Notes under the pieces: generated by a model
The model's input: only the letters and a program-made list of their open reading frames with translations
What the model was told of the DNA's origin: nothing
Database searches by the model: none
Shown here: positions 26,809 through 37,800 of the stretch, in pieces
How the letters are laid out: every line of letters begins with the position of its first letter
Numbering within the stretch: position 1 is the stretch's first letter
Program-made: the position numbers and the translations under genes
DNA from: Podospora anserina
Taxonomy: Eukaryota
Reading direction: 5' to 3'
Length of the DNA: 64,000 nucleotides
Assembly: GCA_017654855.1 (NCBI GenBank)
Contig: CM030335.1
Coordinates: 1,550,001 to 1,614,000, forward strand

Positions 26809-28507
26809 CTAATCCTGGTGGTCATTCAGTTGTCCCCTTTCGATAGCCTGAATGAAAGCCGCATGGTTCCTCCACGTCTCACAAACCGAGCGAACCTCGA
26901 CCGCAGCTTCCAAGATTGCCTTGCGGATCACAAACTTTTGCTCTTCCATCTCCTTGTCAAAATCGTCATCCAAATCGCCGTTCAACTCCCCCAAATCATC
27001 CTCCACAGCATTGTTCATCGAGACCTCGATACCCTCGTCGAAAATCTCATCCTCGCCAATATCTGTCTCATCATCCTTCATCTCCTCATCAGAGTTAGCT
27101 TCATCCTGGTCTTCATCGTCCGGCCTATCAGAGTTATCAGACTCGCCGGAGTCGTCAGAGTCGTCCGATTCATCAGAGTCACCAGCACCATCATCAGGAT
27201 CCTCAGACTCTCTGCCGTCCGCCATCTCCTCATCACTACCTTCCTCCCCTTTCTCATCACCCTCTTTCTCCTCTTGCTCCACCTTCCACAAACCCCCCAG
27301 CGCCTCCACCACAGCCTTATCATACCCCAACCCCGTCAAAGGATGCAAAACCCCCATCAACCTCCCCACAACCTCCTTCACACGCGCCTTATCCTCCATG
27401 ACACCTTGTATCGCTTCCCTCCTGATCCACCCCCTAACCTCAATCATACACCGATACAAAGGCAGCATCTCCACCCTCGTCATGCCATCCCCCCCCTTCA
27501 TCCTCACATTGCCAGCCTCGGCGAGATATTTGACTGCTTTGTCCAGCTTTTTAGCCGCCACGAAAAGCCAGAGATGCATTGTATTCAGAGCATCGTATAC
27601 CGCTTTGATCTTCTCGAGCCAATGTTCGAGCAGAGTCCACGGCTTCTTGTGTTCGAGGATCTGGATGTTGGCCAGGGTGAGGGATCTGGTGCAGTGCCGA
27701 CAGATGTGGATGACGAGCTTTTTGAAGCGGCCGGTAATGAAGACGTGGGCGGTGTAGAGGCTGTACGCGAGGTGGAGCTTGGGGAGGATGTTCAGCTCGA
27801 GGGTTTGGGCTTCGGCTAGGTTGGCCATGGAGGCGGAGAGAGTGGTTATATTTTGTTTAGTGAAGGCTGAGGATAGGAGCTTGGAGGCGTGCTGAGAGAG
27901 GGTGGATGTTGCGGCGTACCAGGAAGTGTGGTGGCATGGTGTGGGAGGGTTTTCGTCGGGGGTAGTCCAGGGCGAGGGGTCGGTGCAAGAGAGGCGGAGG
28001 TGAGGGTGGCAGGTTGGTTGGCGGCTGTCGGTGGGGAGGGAATTGTTGTTGTCGGGCCAGATGATGGACAAGGGGTTGGTGGCTTCGGGGCAAGTGTATT
28101 GCTTGTGGGTTTTGACTGTAGGAACTGTGGGAATGCCGAACAGTTTCTTTTTCTTGCGTAGCTTGGAGGGGGTGGGTGATTTGTAGTGAGGAGAGTCGCA
28201 AGAAAATGCCACTTTCTTGGGGGAGGGTTTGGGAGGAGAGGGGGTCCTGAGGATGGTGTTAGTTTTTGTGATCGTGGTATATGTGAAGATGAGGGATACG
28301 AGATGGGTGATGGATAACATACGAATCGTCAGGAAAGAGGGGGAGTTGGTCGAAGAAAGCCTTGATGTGAAAGCTGAGGGCGTCGGATTTCGAGTTGTCT
28401 CGGATCATGCCCGTTAAGTCGAGCTTGTCGAAGAGAGCCCGGTCCTCCTCTGCTAGGACTTCGATCAGGATCGTTGAGCGCGGGATCGATGAAATATTCA
28501 CACGCAT
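26809..28507 (-). CDS. Orphan-like hypothetical protein with long acidic (D/E/S) tract near the C-terminus
   Basis: ATG 28507 MRVNISSIPR..; intron 28322-28247 (GTATGT..ACTAAC..CAG) joins it to the 503-aa ORF. No family recognised. Confidence 0.7.
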
Positions 28508-29408
28508 CTTGGCGAATATATCGAGGATTGTTTGTGTTGTGTGAAGGTGCTGTGTGAAGAGTCGGGGGATTGTTCGTTGCTGGTATTTGGCGCGGTTGTT
28601 GTTGTTGTGTTGTTGCAGACCAGTTTCTGCTGGCAGGGCAGGACAAGATCTTAAGAGGAGAGACAGCTGGCTATTCAGAACAAGAGTGAATAGGCCTGGT
28701 GGGGGGGCAGTAGGTATTGTTTCTCCTGTCACTTGCTCCGAAGCTTGGGCCACGTCGACTGCAGTCGTTGCGACGATGGCCTGGCCAGGTGAATATTTTC
28801 TTGCGCTTGACATCGCAAGCCACATTTGATTTCCACCATCTGGGAGCAGGTCGATTGGAATTCTCTTTTGCTTGACAAACTCTTCGAGAATGTGATTTAC
28901 GGTAGGTAGCTTAAGCCGATAGAGGGTTCAAGCACAGGGTGTTGAGTGACACGATGGTATTAACTCGACACGACAGGCCCGTTGAACAATTTACTTTTCA
29001 GATTCTTCGACTCCTTTTAAACTCTGTTTTCAATGCTGATAGCTTGTAAAGCCTGAAGTATCTAATTATCAGCTCTTGTAAGGCTGCACTTAATCAAACC
29101 CAGAGTGGGTTTCAGACCTACCGGCGCCGACCTGTGGGACTGGGGGTTAAGTGCAGCGGTTACACTCTCAATATCAACCAAAAATGGCCGGGAAAATGTA
29201 CCTAGCCGATACAAGTCTCGTGTGCGGAAGTCGCAACGCTGTGGGCATCTCTTGTCGTGCCTGCCTTGTGCGCAATGATCTGATGCCCAATCTTCCACAG
29301 GCAACCCATCTCTGCCCCACCTTCAACAGAAACTCTTGTGACAAAACACCTCAACTCTACAACTCTTGTGTCTTGTCAACTCCTTCCACTCTTCCAAACA
29401 CTTTCACC

Positions 29409-30699
29409 ATGGAGGATCAATACCAGTCCGGCCATCAAGAGGTCATTCCATGCCTTTTGAGCGACTACGATGACGATGTGAAGGCCCATCGCGAAAGCTT
29501 CCAGGCGTTCATGACAAGACAGGCCGAGGAGCACTGGGCGGCCGAAATCAGCTCTCTGGATATCGAAGGGTCCGCCGACAGAATCACCACTGTTATCGAG
29601 CAGGAAGTCAACAGACTCGCCAAGAAGCTCGATGTGATCGCAACGGCTATGGCTGCTGAGACCGACGGTGCCCAGGCAAACCGACTGCTCGCCATGATTC
29701 CAACCAAGTTGAACCTGATGGCCAAGCTTGAGGACTTGGCCTTCTCTCGGCTTCAGCCAGTTGAGGGATCGGCTGAGCGGCCACTGGCCATTGAGGACAT
29801 ATCTCCGTCAACTTCACAGGGCTCAACCCAGTGTGAGATTTCGGGGCGGCTAGATGGCTACGACCGAGTAAGTCTACCAGTCAGTACCTCGGTTATTTAC
29901 CCAGGTCTAATTATCTGGACAGCCTGTCAGCCAGACTCCCATTAAGAAACGCAGCGATAGCCCGATCAAGATTGAATCACCTACCCCGACCAAGCGTCGC
30001 CGAGTCAATTTCTCAGAGGACGGGGCATCCCGGGTGTCTGAGCCTACACCAGCCCTGTCCCATGCTCTGCGTACTTCCTCCCCTTCGTTGCCGCAAGCCC
30101 TCCTCAGCAAAGGTGGAAACTCTGGTTCGGGACATCAGGATCCATCACCATCACCTTTGCTACCCCAATCAAAGATTGCGCCTGCTCACCATGCAACACC
30201 TTCCAATCAGCGATACGACCTTTCGAAGGCCGCCCCACCATCTGCGAAGAAGAAGCCAGCACAAACCAAGAAACCAGCCCAGGCTTCAAAGCCTTGTCAC
30301 GGAAAACCACTCTGCATATCTAGAGCTAGCCTTCACGAGGTTCAGCACCGCGAGTGGATTTTCAATTTTCAGAGCTCCGGCTGGTGCGTTCTTCGTTGTG
30401 GCCGTTTCAACTGTCTTAACCAAGGTCCGGGTATGTTGACTCGTCTCAGAAAACATTTTGAGAAAGGGTGTCCTGTTGCTGGCCATCCGCTCGGCACTGA
30501 CTAGGAGTTGGTGGAGCGCTTTGGATACCAAGGTATGTGAGACTGGTCATGACCATTTCCTGTTGATTTACTAACTTGGTATTGCTTCACAGTCACTGGA
30601 GGCATTTTTGATACAGGCTCGGTTCAGCAGATCAGCGCGTGGGTGAACAATAGCAACGACGTAATCAGATACACAAATATGAACACATCAGAGAAGTAG
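29409..30699 (+). CDS. Hypothetical protein (helical N-terminus, S/P/K linker, Cys/His C-terminal domain) with in-frame TAG at 30502
   Basis: Intron 29868-29922 is in frame. After the TAG, coding-like ELVERFGYQ continues across a canonical intron (30533-30592) to TAG 30697-30699. Confidence 0.7.
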
Positions 30700-31719
30700 G
30701 GATACCTTCATGGTGGTGATTGTTTGCAATACCGCGAGAGTGGCCTTGAGCTTTTAGATATATTATCGGATTATACTGGTTTTTGCAGGACGATGAAAGC
30801 TTTTGTTTTGTTTTCAATCTTCATGTATCAGGGCTAGTTATTGCCGGAGACTCTATGTTGTATGGATGCCTATTGAGCTATGCATGTATCACACGCTGTA
30901 AGACAGCCCGTAACCATTTGGCTTTTTAATAGGATAGAGCAATGAACACAAGGTAGTCCGGATCTTGAGAAGAGCGAGCACGTTGATCGCTACGACATGA
31001 GCTCCTCTTGCCATAATTATGCATCAAGAGCGTCCAAACAACAGTAATATGGAGTTTCACCAAGCATTAAAGTACTTGGCAGCCATAAGCCTTGAAACGC
31101 AGAAGCGACTCTGTTGTCTATTGTATGTCCCGTTTGTTGAGTTGCGATACCTAACGTGGGTTCCGATTGGCTCGTTGGGACGTCGAAAGGAGACTCGCGT
31201 GTATGCGGTAGTACAAGAGAGTGGCGCTAGACGGGTACCCGCTGTATCTGCAGCCTTATCATGGTAGCGGAATATTGTTATAGCGGTAGATGAAAGCGAT
31301 GGTTTGTAATACAAGGCAAACTTGTCGTGAACAACCTATGAGGCACTCGCCCAAAGCTCGAGCTGACCGGCCATGGTTCGGAATCGAAACGAGTGAGTTT
31401 GCAAATTCATGAGAGCAAACAACAGCTCAGATTCGTGCTGCGGGTGTCTCTCTGTTCCAGTCTGCCAACCGGTGGTCCTCTGGTAAGCTCAAACACTAGC
31501 CTTGGCGACATGGAGTGAGGGCTGTACAAGTAAACAAGGAACCAAACGATCGGATGGTGCCCAAGAGGGGGTTCTCACCTGCGACCTCCCGTATCCCCTA
31601 GGATCAACCGCCGGAAAAACGCCATCAGGGCAGAAACCAACATCGATTTCCTCATCCAACGTGCCTTCGAGGAAGCGGCCTCTACTATACGCACTAGTCT
31701 CATCGCCAAATTCACACAG

Positions 31720-32673
31720 ATGATCTACAAACAACTTCCCCATCTCATCGCCAGCCATCTTGGGCCTTGCCTCACCGACTATGAGGCTGAGATCCAGGAG
31801 CTTGGGTCTCGTTTTGTCTCCATACCCGGTGTGCCTTCTGTTCAGGATGGCGAGCGTGGGGGCCTGAAAGACCGATTCAAGGAGGTTCTTCGCAAGGTGG
31901 GAAGCGACATCCCCCGCGGGTATCGGACATCAACGGGTGCGGTAGATGGTTGGCTGGGGAAAAGACATTGGGTAGGAGGAAACCAAGGCTCCTGGTGTCG
32001 GGGTACGCTCGAACATCGCAAGGGCGGGTGGGAAGACCGGCGAAACGAGTTGGACGGCCTCCTACACGTCACGCAAGAGAGGTAGGGAAGTATTTGGAAC
32101 CTCATGGTGAACCTGAGGTTGAGGTTGTTGGGGAAGAGACAATTGAGGCCATTGTCGACAGTTACGTCAAACCCTCGGGCCGGATGAAGGAGATGGCGAA
32201 AATGAAGGTACGTTTTAAGTTGTTGTCTTAGCCCCGGCAATCAATCTAGAAGTGAAGCTGATGACTTTGCAGTCTGTTAGACCTTTGGTGGATTCATTGC
32301 CCGCCTGAGCCAGGCCGGGAGGGGCAGTGGCACGGTCTTCAAAACTGTGAAGCTGTTCTCATGCAAGAGCCGGGGGACCGTTGCCCGGCAGCCCTGTGAC
32401 ACTTGCCGCCGTGGGAGCGGGCCGTTTATCGAATGCGTTACTGTGCCGGGCACTGACTCATGCGCTGGGTGCTGGTACCAATGTCGTGCCAAGTATTGCT
32501 CATTCAAACCCAAGTACCTAGGCGCCTCCAAGACAGCTCTCCTCTACCATACACCTCGGCCTTTGACCAGAGGTATGATAGGCCAGGTGCTGCATCATTC
32601 CCGCCGCTTAGTTAGAAGAAGGTTTCGTTTGGATAGATACGGTTTCAAATTGCAAGTACATGTAGACAATTGA
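31720..32673 (+). pseudogene. Third DUF3716-like gene, frameshifted
   Basis: PCDTCRRGSGPFIECVTVPGTDSCAGCWYQCRAKYCSF. Intron donor at 32208 in the paralogous position. The NCEAVLMQ segment matching the paralog's NCEAALAH is in another frame. Upstream ORFs 31720 and 31950 are out of frame with each other. Confidence 0.65.
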
Positions 32674-32743
32674 CAGTTACATTATCAGTCTTCTGGCACC
32701 AAGGTACCACGGTCGAACTAAGTACTGCATCAGTGTGACCACA

Positions 32744-34193
32744 TCACCTTCTCAAGTGAACCTCCAACAACCCCAATGCCCCCTTATCATGCACCTTTCG
32801 AATCTCATACCTTTCATCCGCTTCCTTCAACAACTTCTCAAACTCCTGTTTTGTCCTCTGCTTAGCGCCAAAGCTCACCAACATCACCATATCGGCCTGC
32901 CTCATTTCCCTCTCCCAATACCTCGGGACTGTCCCCGGCTCAGGCAGCACAATATCGTTGATCAACAGTGGTGTGCCCTCTGGTGAACCCTCAAGCCCAG
33001 GAACCACCGATCTGAACATTCTGACAACGTCGTGATCTGCCCAGTTGTGGGTGCACTGCCGGATGAGGTATGCCGAAGCGCCTTTGTATGGCTGAGGCTC
33101 GAAGAAGCTTGCCCGAGAGAAGGACACGCGGTTACGGACATCGTCGGTGAGGAGGCGTTGGCCTTGGGCGAGCATATCGTCGGATTCATCCTGGACGATG
33201 AAGTTGAGATGGGGGAAGGTCTGTGAAGGTTAGCAAACATTGGGGGAGTCATGTTTTAGGGAAAGGGGACTTACTCGAGCGAGAATGATAGCGACATGGC
33301 CGCTTCCACCGCCGACATCTACCACGTTGCCCTTGATGCTTCCCCAGTTGAAGTTATCACGCAATTCGGTGACGCTGTTTTCCACTGTGATTCGATGGTC
33401 AGATACGTTCACTCTTTGTCCAGGATAACAAGCCGAGCAGAAACTTACTCTTCCTCCACCCAGCCATTGCCTTCGCAAACCTCCCAGCATGTTCCGGGTG
33501 CTTGGAATAATACCTAAAAATCGGCACCCCATGTCTGGCGTAAAACGGGCAATGCACACTGTCAGACTCATTGGGAGTCGCCTTCAGAGCAACACTCGAC
33601 TCGGCCGCTGCCTTGAGCATCTCGTCAAACCTTTCATGCCGCTAGAGTCAACGACCAACCAACCACCCAAACGGAAGGAAAAGGCAGATGACTCACGAAT
33701 AATGCACCATAGACCTAACCTCATCATCCTGCTGCAGCGCATAAGAGAACGAATTATGCGAGAAATACCCCTTCCTCGTCTCCTGAAAGAACCGATGAGT
33801 TATCAACAACCTCACCACCCTTCCTGTCCTGTCGGTGTCCAAGCCTGCCTTTTTTGCGAGTTCCTCCACGAAGATTTCCCCCTCGGCTGGGATAAGCGTG
33901 AAGAAGTCAAAGTCGAGGGCGATTTGGAATGCGGCGATTTCGTAGCCCCGCATGAGGAAGTGGCGGTAGAAGAGCGCTGGTCCGTCGACGAGACGCTGGA
34001 GGTCTTCTAGGAGGGTGCGGAGGCTGCCTTGGAGCTCGCGGTAGTCTGCCTTGTTGGGGGGTGAGGCGGAGGAGGGGGAGAAGGTGGAGGCGGGGAGGTT
34101 GTTGGATTGGAGGTAGGCGGTGATTTCTTTGGTTTTTGAGAGGATGCCCTCGGCCAGGGCGAGGATGGAGACGTTTTCGGCGGTGTCGGACAT
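32744..34193 (-). CDS. SAM-dependent O-methyltransferase (secondary metabolism)
   Basis: VVDVGGGSGH SAM motif, FFEPQPYKGASAYLIRQCTHNW, N-terminal dimerisation region. Multi-exon (introns near 33696, 33448, 33274). Confidence 0.93.
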
Positions 34194-34416
34194 GGTGGAG
34201 GTTTGGTACCTAGAGTGGGATGTGGTTGCTGTCGATGTATGGTGATGGTGGTTGGTGAGCTGTCAAGTGTGTGGTGGTGACGGTGGTGGGATGGTCAAAG
34301 ATCAAGGTTTTTGAAGGATTGGAAGTGTCACAATCGCGATTGATCCTCGGCCGAGTTCGTGAGCATAATCTGGGTGATGACCTTGATCTCATGCATTGAG
34401 CGTACAAAGCAGATGT

Positions 34417-34430
34417 CCGAGAAATCTCGG
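34417..34430. promoter_or_regulatory. CCGA-N6-TCGG element upstream of O-methyltransferase
   Basis: CCGAGAAATCTCGG, 224 bp from ATG 34193. Confidence 0.75.
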
Positions 34431-34597
34431 TCTGACCACCACAGGTTGCATTTCCGCAGCAGAATGGCCCACTTGCGGATCATCGGCCAAAGTTCTCTGC
34501 ACCGATATTGCACGGTGCGGTCTCAACGCATAGGGGATGCGTTATTGTCCGTCGACTCTACAGTAGACATACAATCTTCAAATCAGGAGGGCCTCGG

Positions 34598-34611
34598 CCG
34601 AAGGACGTCGG
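34598..34611. promoter_or_regulatory. CCGA-N6-TCGG element upstream of PKS
   Basis: CCGAAGGACGTCGG, about 209 bp from ATG 34820. Confidence 0.75.
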
Positions 34612-34819
34612 AGCAGTTGAGATCACTGCTATCAACAGACGCTAAAGGACTCGATGGTGTATGATTGCCAGCTTGAGGACACCAGAGATTCACCGAGATA
34701 CATATCTTGTGATTGTGCCTAGAATTTTGGAGATCCAGAATAGAACCATTGTACCCAAGCGGAAGATTACTATCTCAAAACGAATGTCAACAGAGCGTAG
34801 ATAGTCTCAACACTAAGCT

Positions 34820-37800
34820 ATGTCCTCCTCATCTATTTTCGAAGGCCCACATGAGCCTGTAGCTATCATCGGCATGGGTAAGCTGCAATCTCATCAGTCC
34901 TTTCTGGACTGGCCATGTAATACTAACATTTCTCACAGGCTGCCGGTGGGCCGGTGACATTCGTGACCCTTCAGGGCTATGGGACCTTCTGAAGAACAAA
35001 CGCGACGGCTGGCGCGAATTCAACCACCCTAGATTCTCTGCCAAGGGCTTCTACCACCCCAACAAAGAGCGCCCAGGATCCATGAGAACACCCGGTGCGT
35101 TTCTCATGGACGAAGATGCTCGCCTATTTGATCATTCCTTCTTCGGCATCACCGGGCGAGAAGCCGAAACCCTCGACCCGTCTCAACGGAAGCTGCTCGA
35201 AGTGGTGTACGAGGCTCTCGAGAACGGAGGGGAGACTTGGGAGAGTATTTCAGGATCACGAACCGGGGTGTATATCGGCAACTTCGCCCTCGATCACATC
35301 CTCATCCAGGCGCGGGATTGGGAGAGCCCAAAGTCATACGCTGCCACGGGAGCGGACACGAGTATTCTCGCCAATCGTATCAGTTACATCTTCAACCTTC
35401 ATGGTCCGAGGTATGCACTGGTCTTCCTAGAAATCAACGTTAGTCGGGTAATCAGGGGCTAATGGTTACCACAGTCTGGCCACAAACACCGCCTGCTCAT
35501 CCTCCATGTATGCCCTGCACATGGCCGTCAGTGCGATCCGCAGCGGTGACTGTGACGGCGCCATAGTCGCGGCAGCCAACTGGATATCCGATCCCAGCAT
35601 GCAGTTTGTGCTCGACAAGCTCGGCGCACTCTCGCCCACGGCGCGATGTCACACGTTCGACGCCTCTGCAGACGGTTACGCCCGTGGGGAGGGCTACGCC
35701 GCTCTATATCTCAAGAAATCCATCATAGCCGTGGTAGACTCGTTGCCAATTCGAGCCATGATTCGAGGCACCGCCATCAACGCCAACGGCCGGACAGGAG
35801 GCATCACCCGACCCAGCATAGCCGGACAGGAAGACGTCATTCGCGAGGCCTACAAACACGCCGGCGGCCTCCCCTTCTCAGACACGACATTCTTCGAGTG
35901 CCATGGCACGGGCACGCAAGCCGGCGACCCAATCGAAGTGACGGCCGTCGGCAACGTCTTTGCTTCCTCTCGATCAGACGCCCCGGAAGACCGGCTCCTC
36001 ATCGGCTCCATCAAGCCAAACCTTGGCCACACGGAAGGTGCAAGTGCCATCGCCTCGGTTATGAAGGTGGTTCTTTCCCTCGAAGCAGGCCAAATCCCAC
36101 CAACCTTTGGGATCGAGCAACTGAACCCGAGCATCGACTTTGCGGGAGCCAAAGTCGAAGTTGTCAAAGATGGCACGATACCCTGGCCGGAAGGAAAGCT
36201 CCGGCGCGCCAGCGTAAATTCCTTCGGGTTCGGCGGGGCCAACGGGCACTGTATTATCGACCACGTCAATGTGGTTCTCCCCGACTACATCAAGCCCGGA
36301 ATCTCTGGGGCCGGCACCTCAGCCAACGGCCATACCGCCAACGGGTATTCCAACGGGAAGGCCCACGAGGGCAACAACGGAGTGGTGACGCCACCTGCTG
36401 ACCACTCCCCTCTCACGACTAAACCGACAAAGACGACGAAGGCGGACGCCACCACGCGTGACCTCGTGCTTCTCCCGTTCTCGGCCCATACCGAGCAATC
36501 CCTCAAGTCGAATACTGCCGCCCTCTCTCGCGTCATCCACCAGTGGCCCCTTGCAGACATCGCCTACACCCTGAGCTCCAAACGATCACGTTTCCAGCAG
36601 CGTTCATTCCGCATCGTCGCCAAGAGCGATATCCAAACCGGGCTCGCCACAGACCGTCGCATCCTAACAAGCCCCCTGCGGCCAGCAAACATCGGATATG
36701 TTTTCACGGGTCAGGGCGCACAGTGGCATGCCATGGGCGCCCAGCTATTCGAGTACGCCGTCTTTCGCGCGGCGATCACCCACCTGGACCGGGTGATGGA
36801 TGCACTACCATCCCGGTCCACGTGGAAGATTTCCGATGTCCTGTCCGGCAACTGCGAGCCCGATCTCGTGCTGTCACCCCAAGTGTCCCAAGTGGCCTGT
36901 ACCGCCGTTCAGATCGGGCTCGTCGATTTGCTTGCATCGTGGTCTATCGCGCCTGCCGCAGTGGTTGGCCACTCCTCTGGCGAAATGGCAGCGGCGTATG
37001 CGTCGGGGTATATCACAGCTGCCGAAGCTATTACTGCTGCCTACTTTCGCGGTTTGGCCGTGTCGCAGAATAAGGCAAAGGGCGCCATGTTGGCTGTGGG
37101 TGTTGGGATGGATGCCGCGATGGAATACCTGGACGGAAAGGAAGACCGCATTAAGATCGCGGCGATCAACTCGCCCGGCAGCGTCACGCTGTCTGGTGAC
37201 GAGGATGCCATCGAGTCCCTGTCGGCCTCGCTCAATGAGGAAGGCGTGTTCAACCGTGTCCTTCGAACCGGCGGAAATGCCTACCATTCACATCACATGG
37301 TGGCACTGGGCGGGCAATACAACGACATGCTGTCAAAGGGACTTGAGCACATCGACAATATCGGACTGGTTGACAAGGCCCAGAGATACCCTCTCATCCG
37401 CTGGGTGTCGTCGGTGACCCCTGATGAGGCCATGGCTTTTGAGGTTGGTGCTTCGTACTGGAGAGCAAACCTTGAATCACCCGTCCGCTTCTCCGAGGCT
37501 GTCAGCGGGATGATGAGCTTGGAGGGTGACCAAGCCGTTGATATCTTGGTGGAGCTCGGCCCGCACCCGGCACTGAAGAGCCCGGTGGACCAGATATTGA
37601 AGAGTATCGGCAAGTCTGCACCACATGTCGCATCACTGAAGAGAGGAGAAGACAGCCGGGAGTCTGTGCTCCAGCTCGCCGGCACCCTGTTTAGCCTGAA
37701 TGCCGAAGTCGACTTGGTTGCAGTAAACGCAGTCGATGACGGCTTGCACGAGGGCCGGTGGAGTCTCGCGCACGGCTGTACGGCAGTCGATCTCCCCCCT

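Noticed and set aside
26818-27819. Long plus-strand ORFs of 333 and 301 aa
   Set aside because: Antisense to the acidic low-complexity gene; no independent features.
29151-29408. N-terminal extension of the 29409 gene from the ORF track
   Set aside because: Non-ATG start and C/A-rich UTR-like sequence; ATG 29409 has a strong CACCATGG context.
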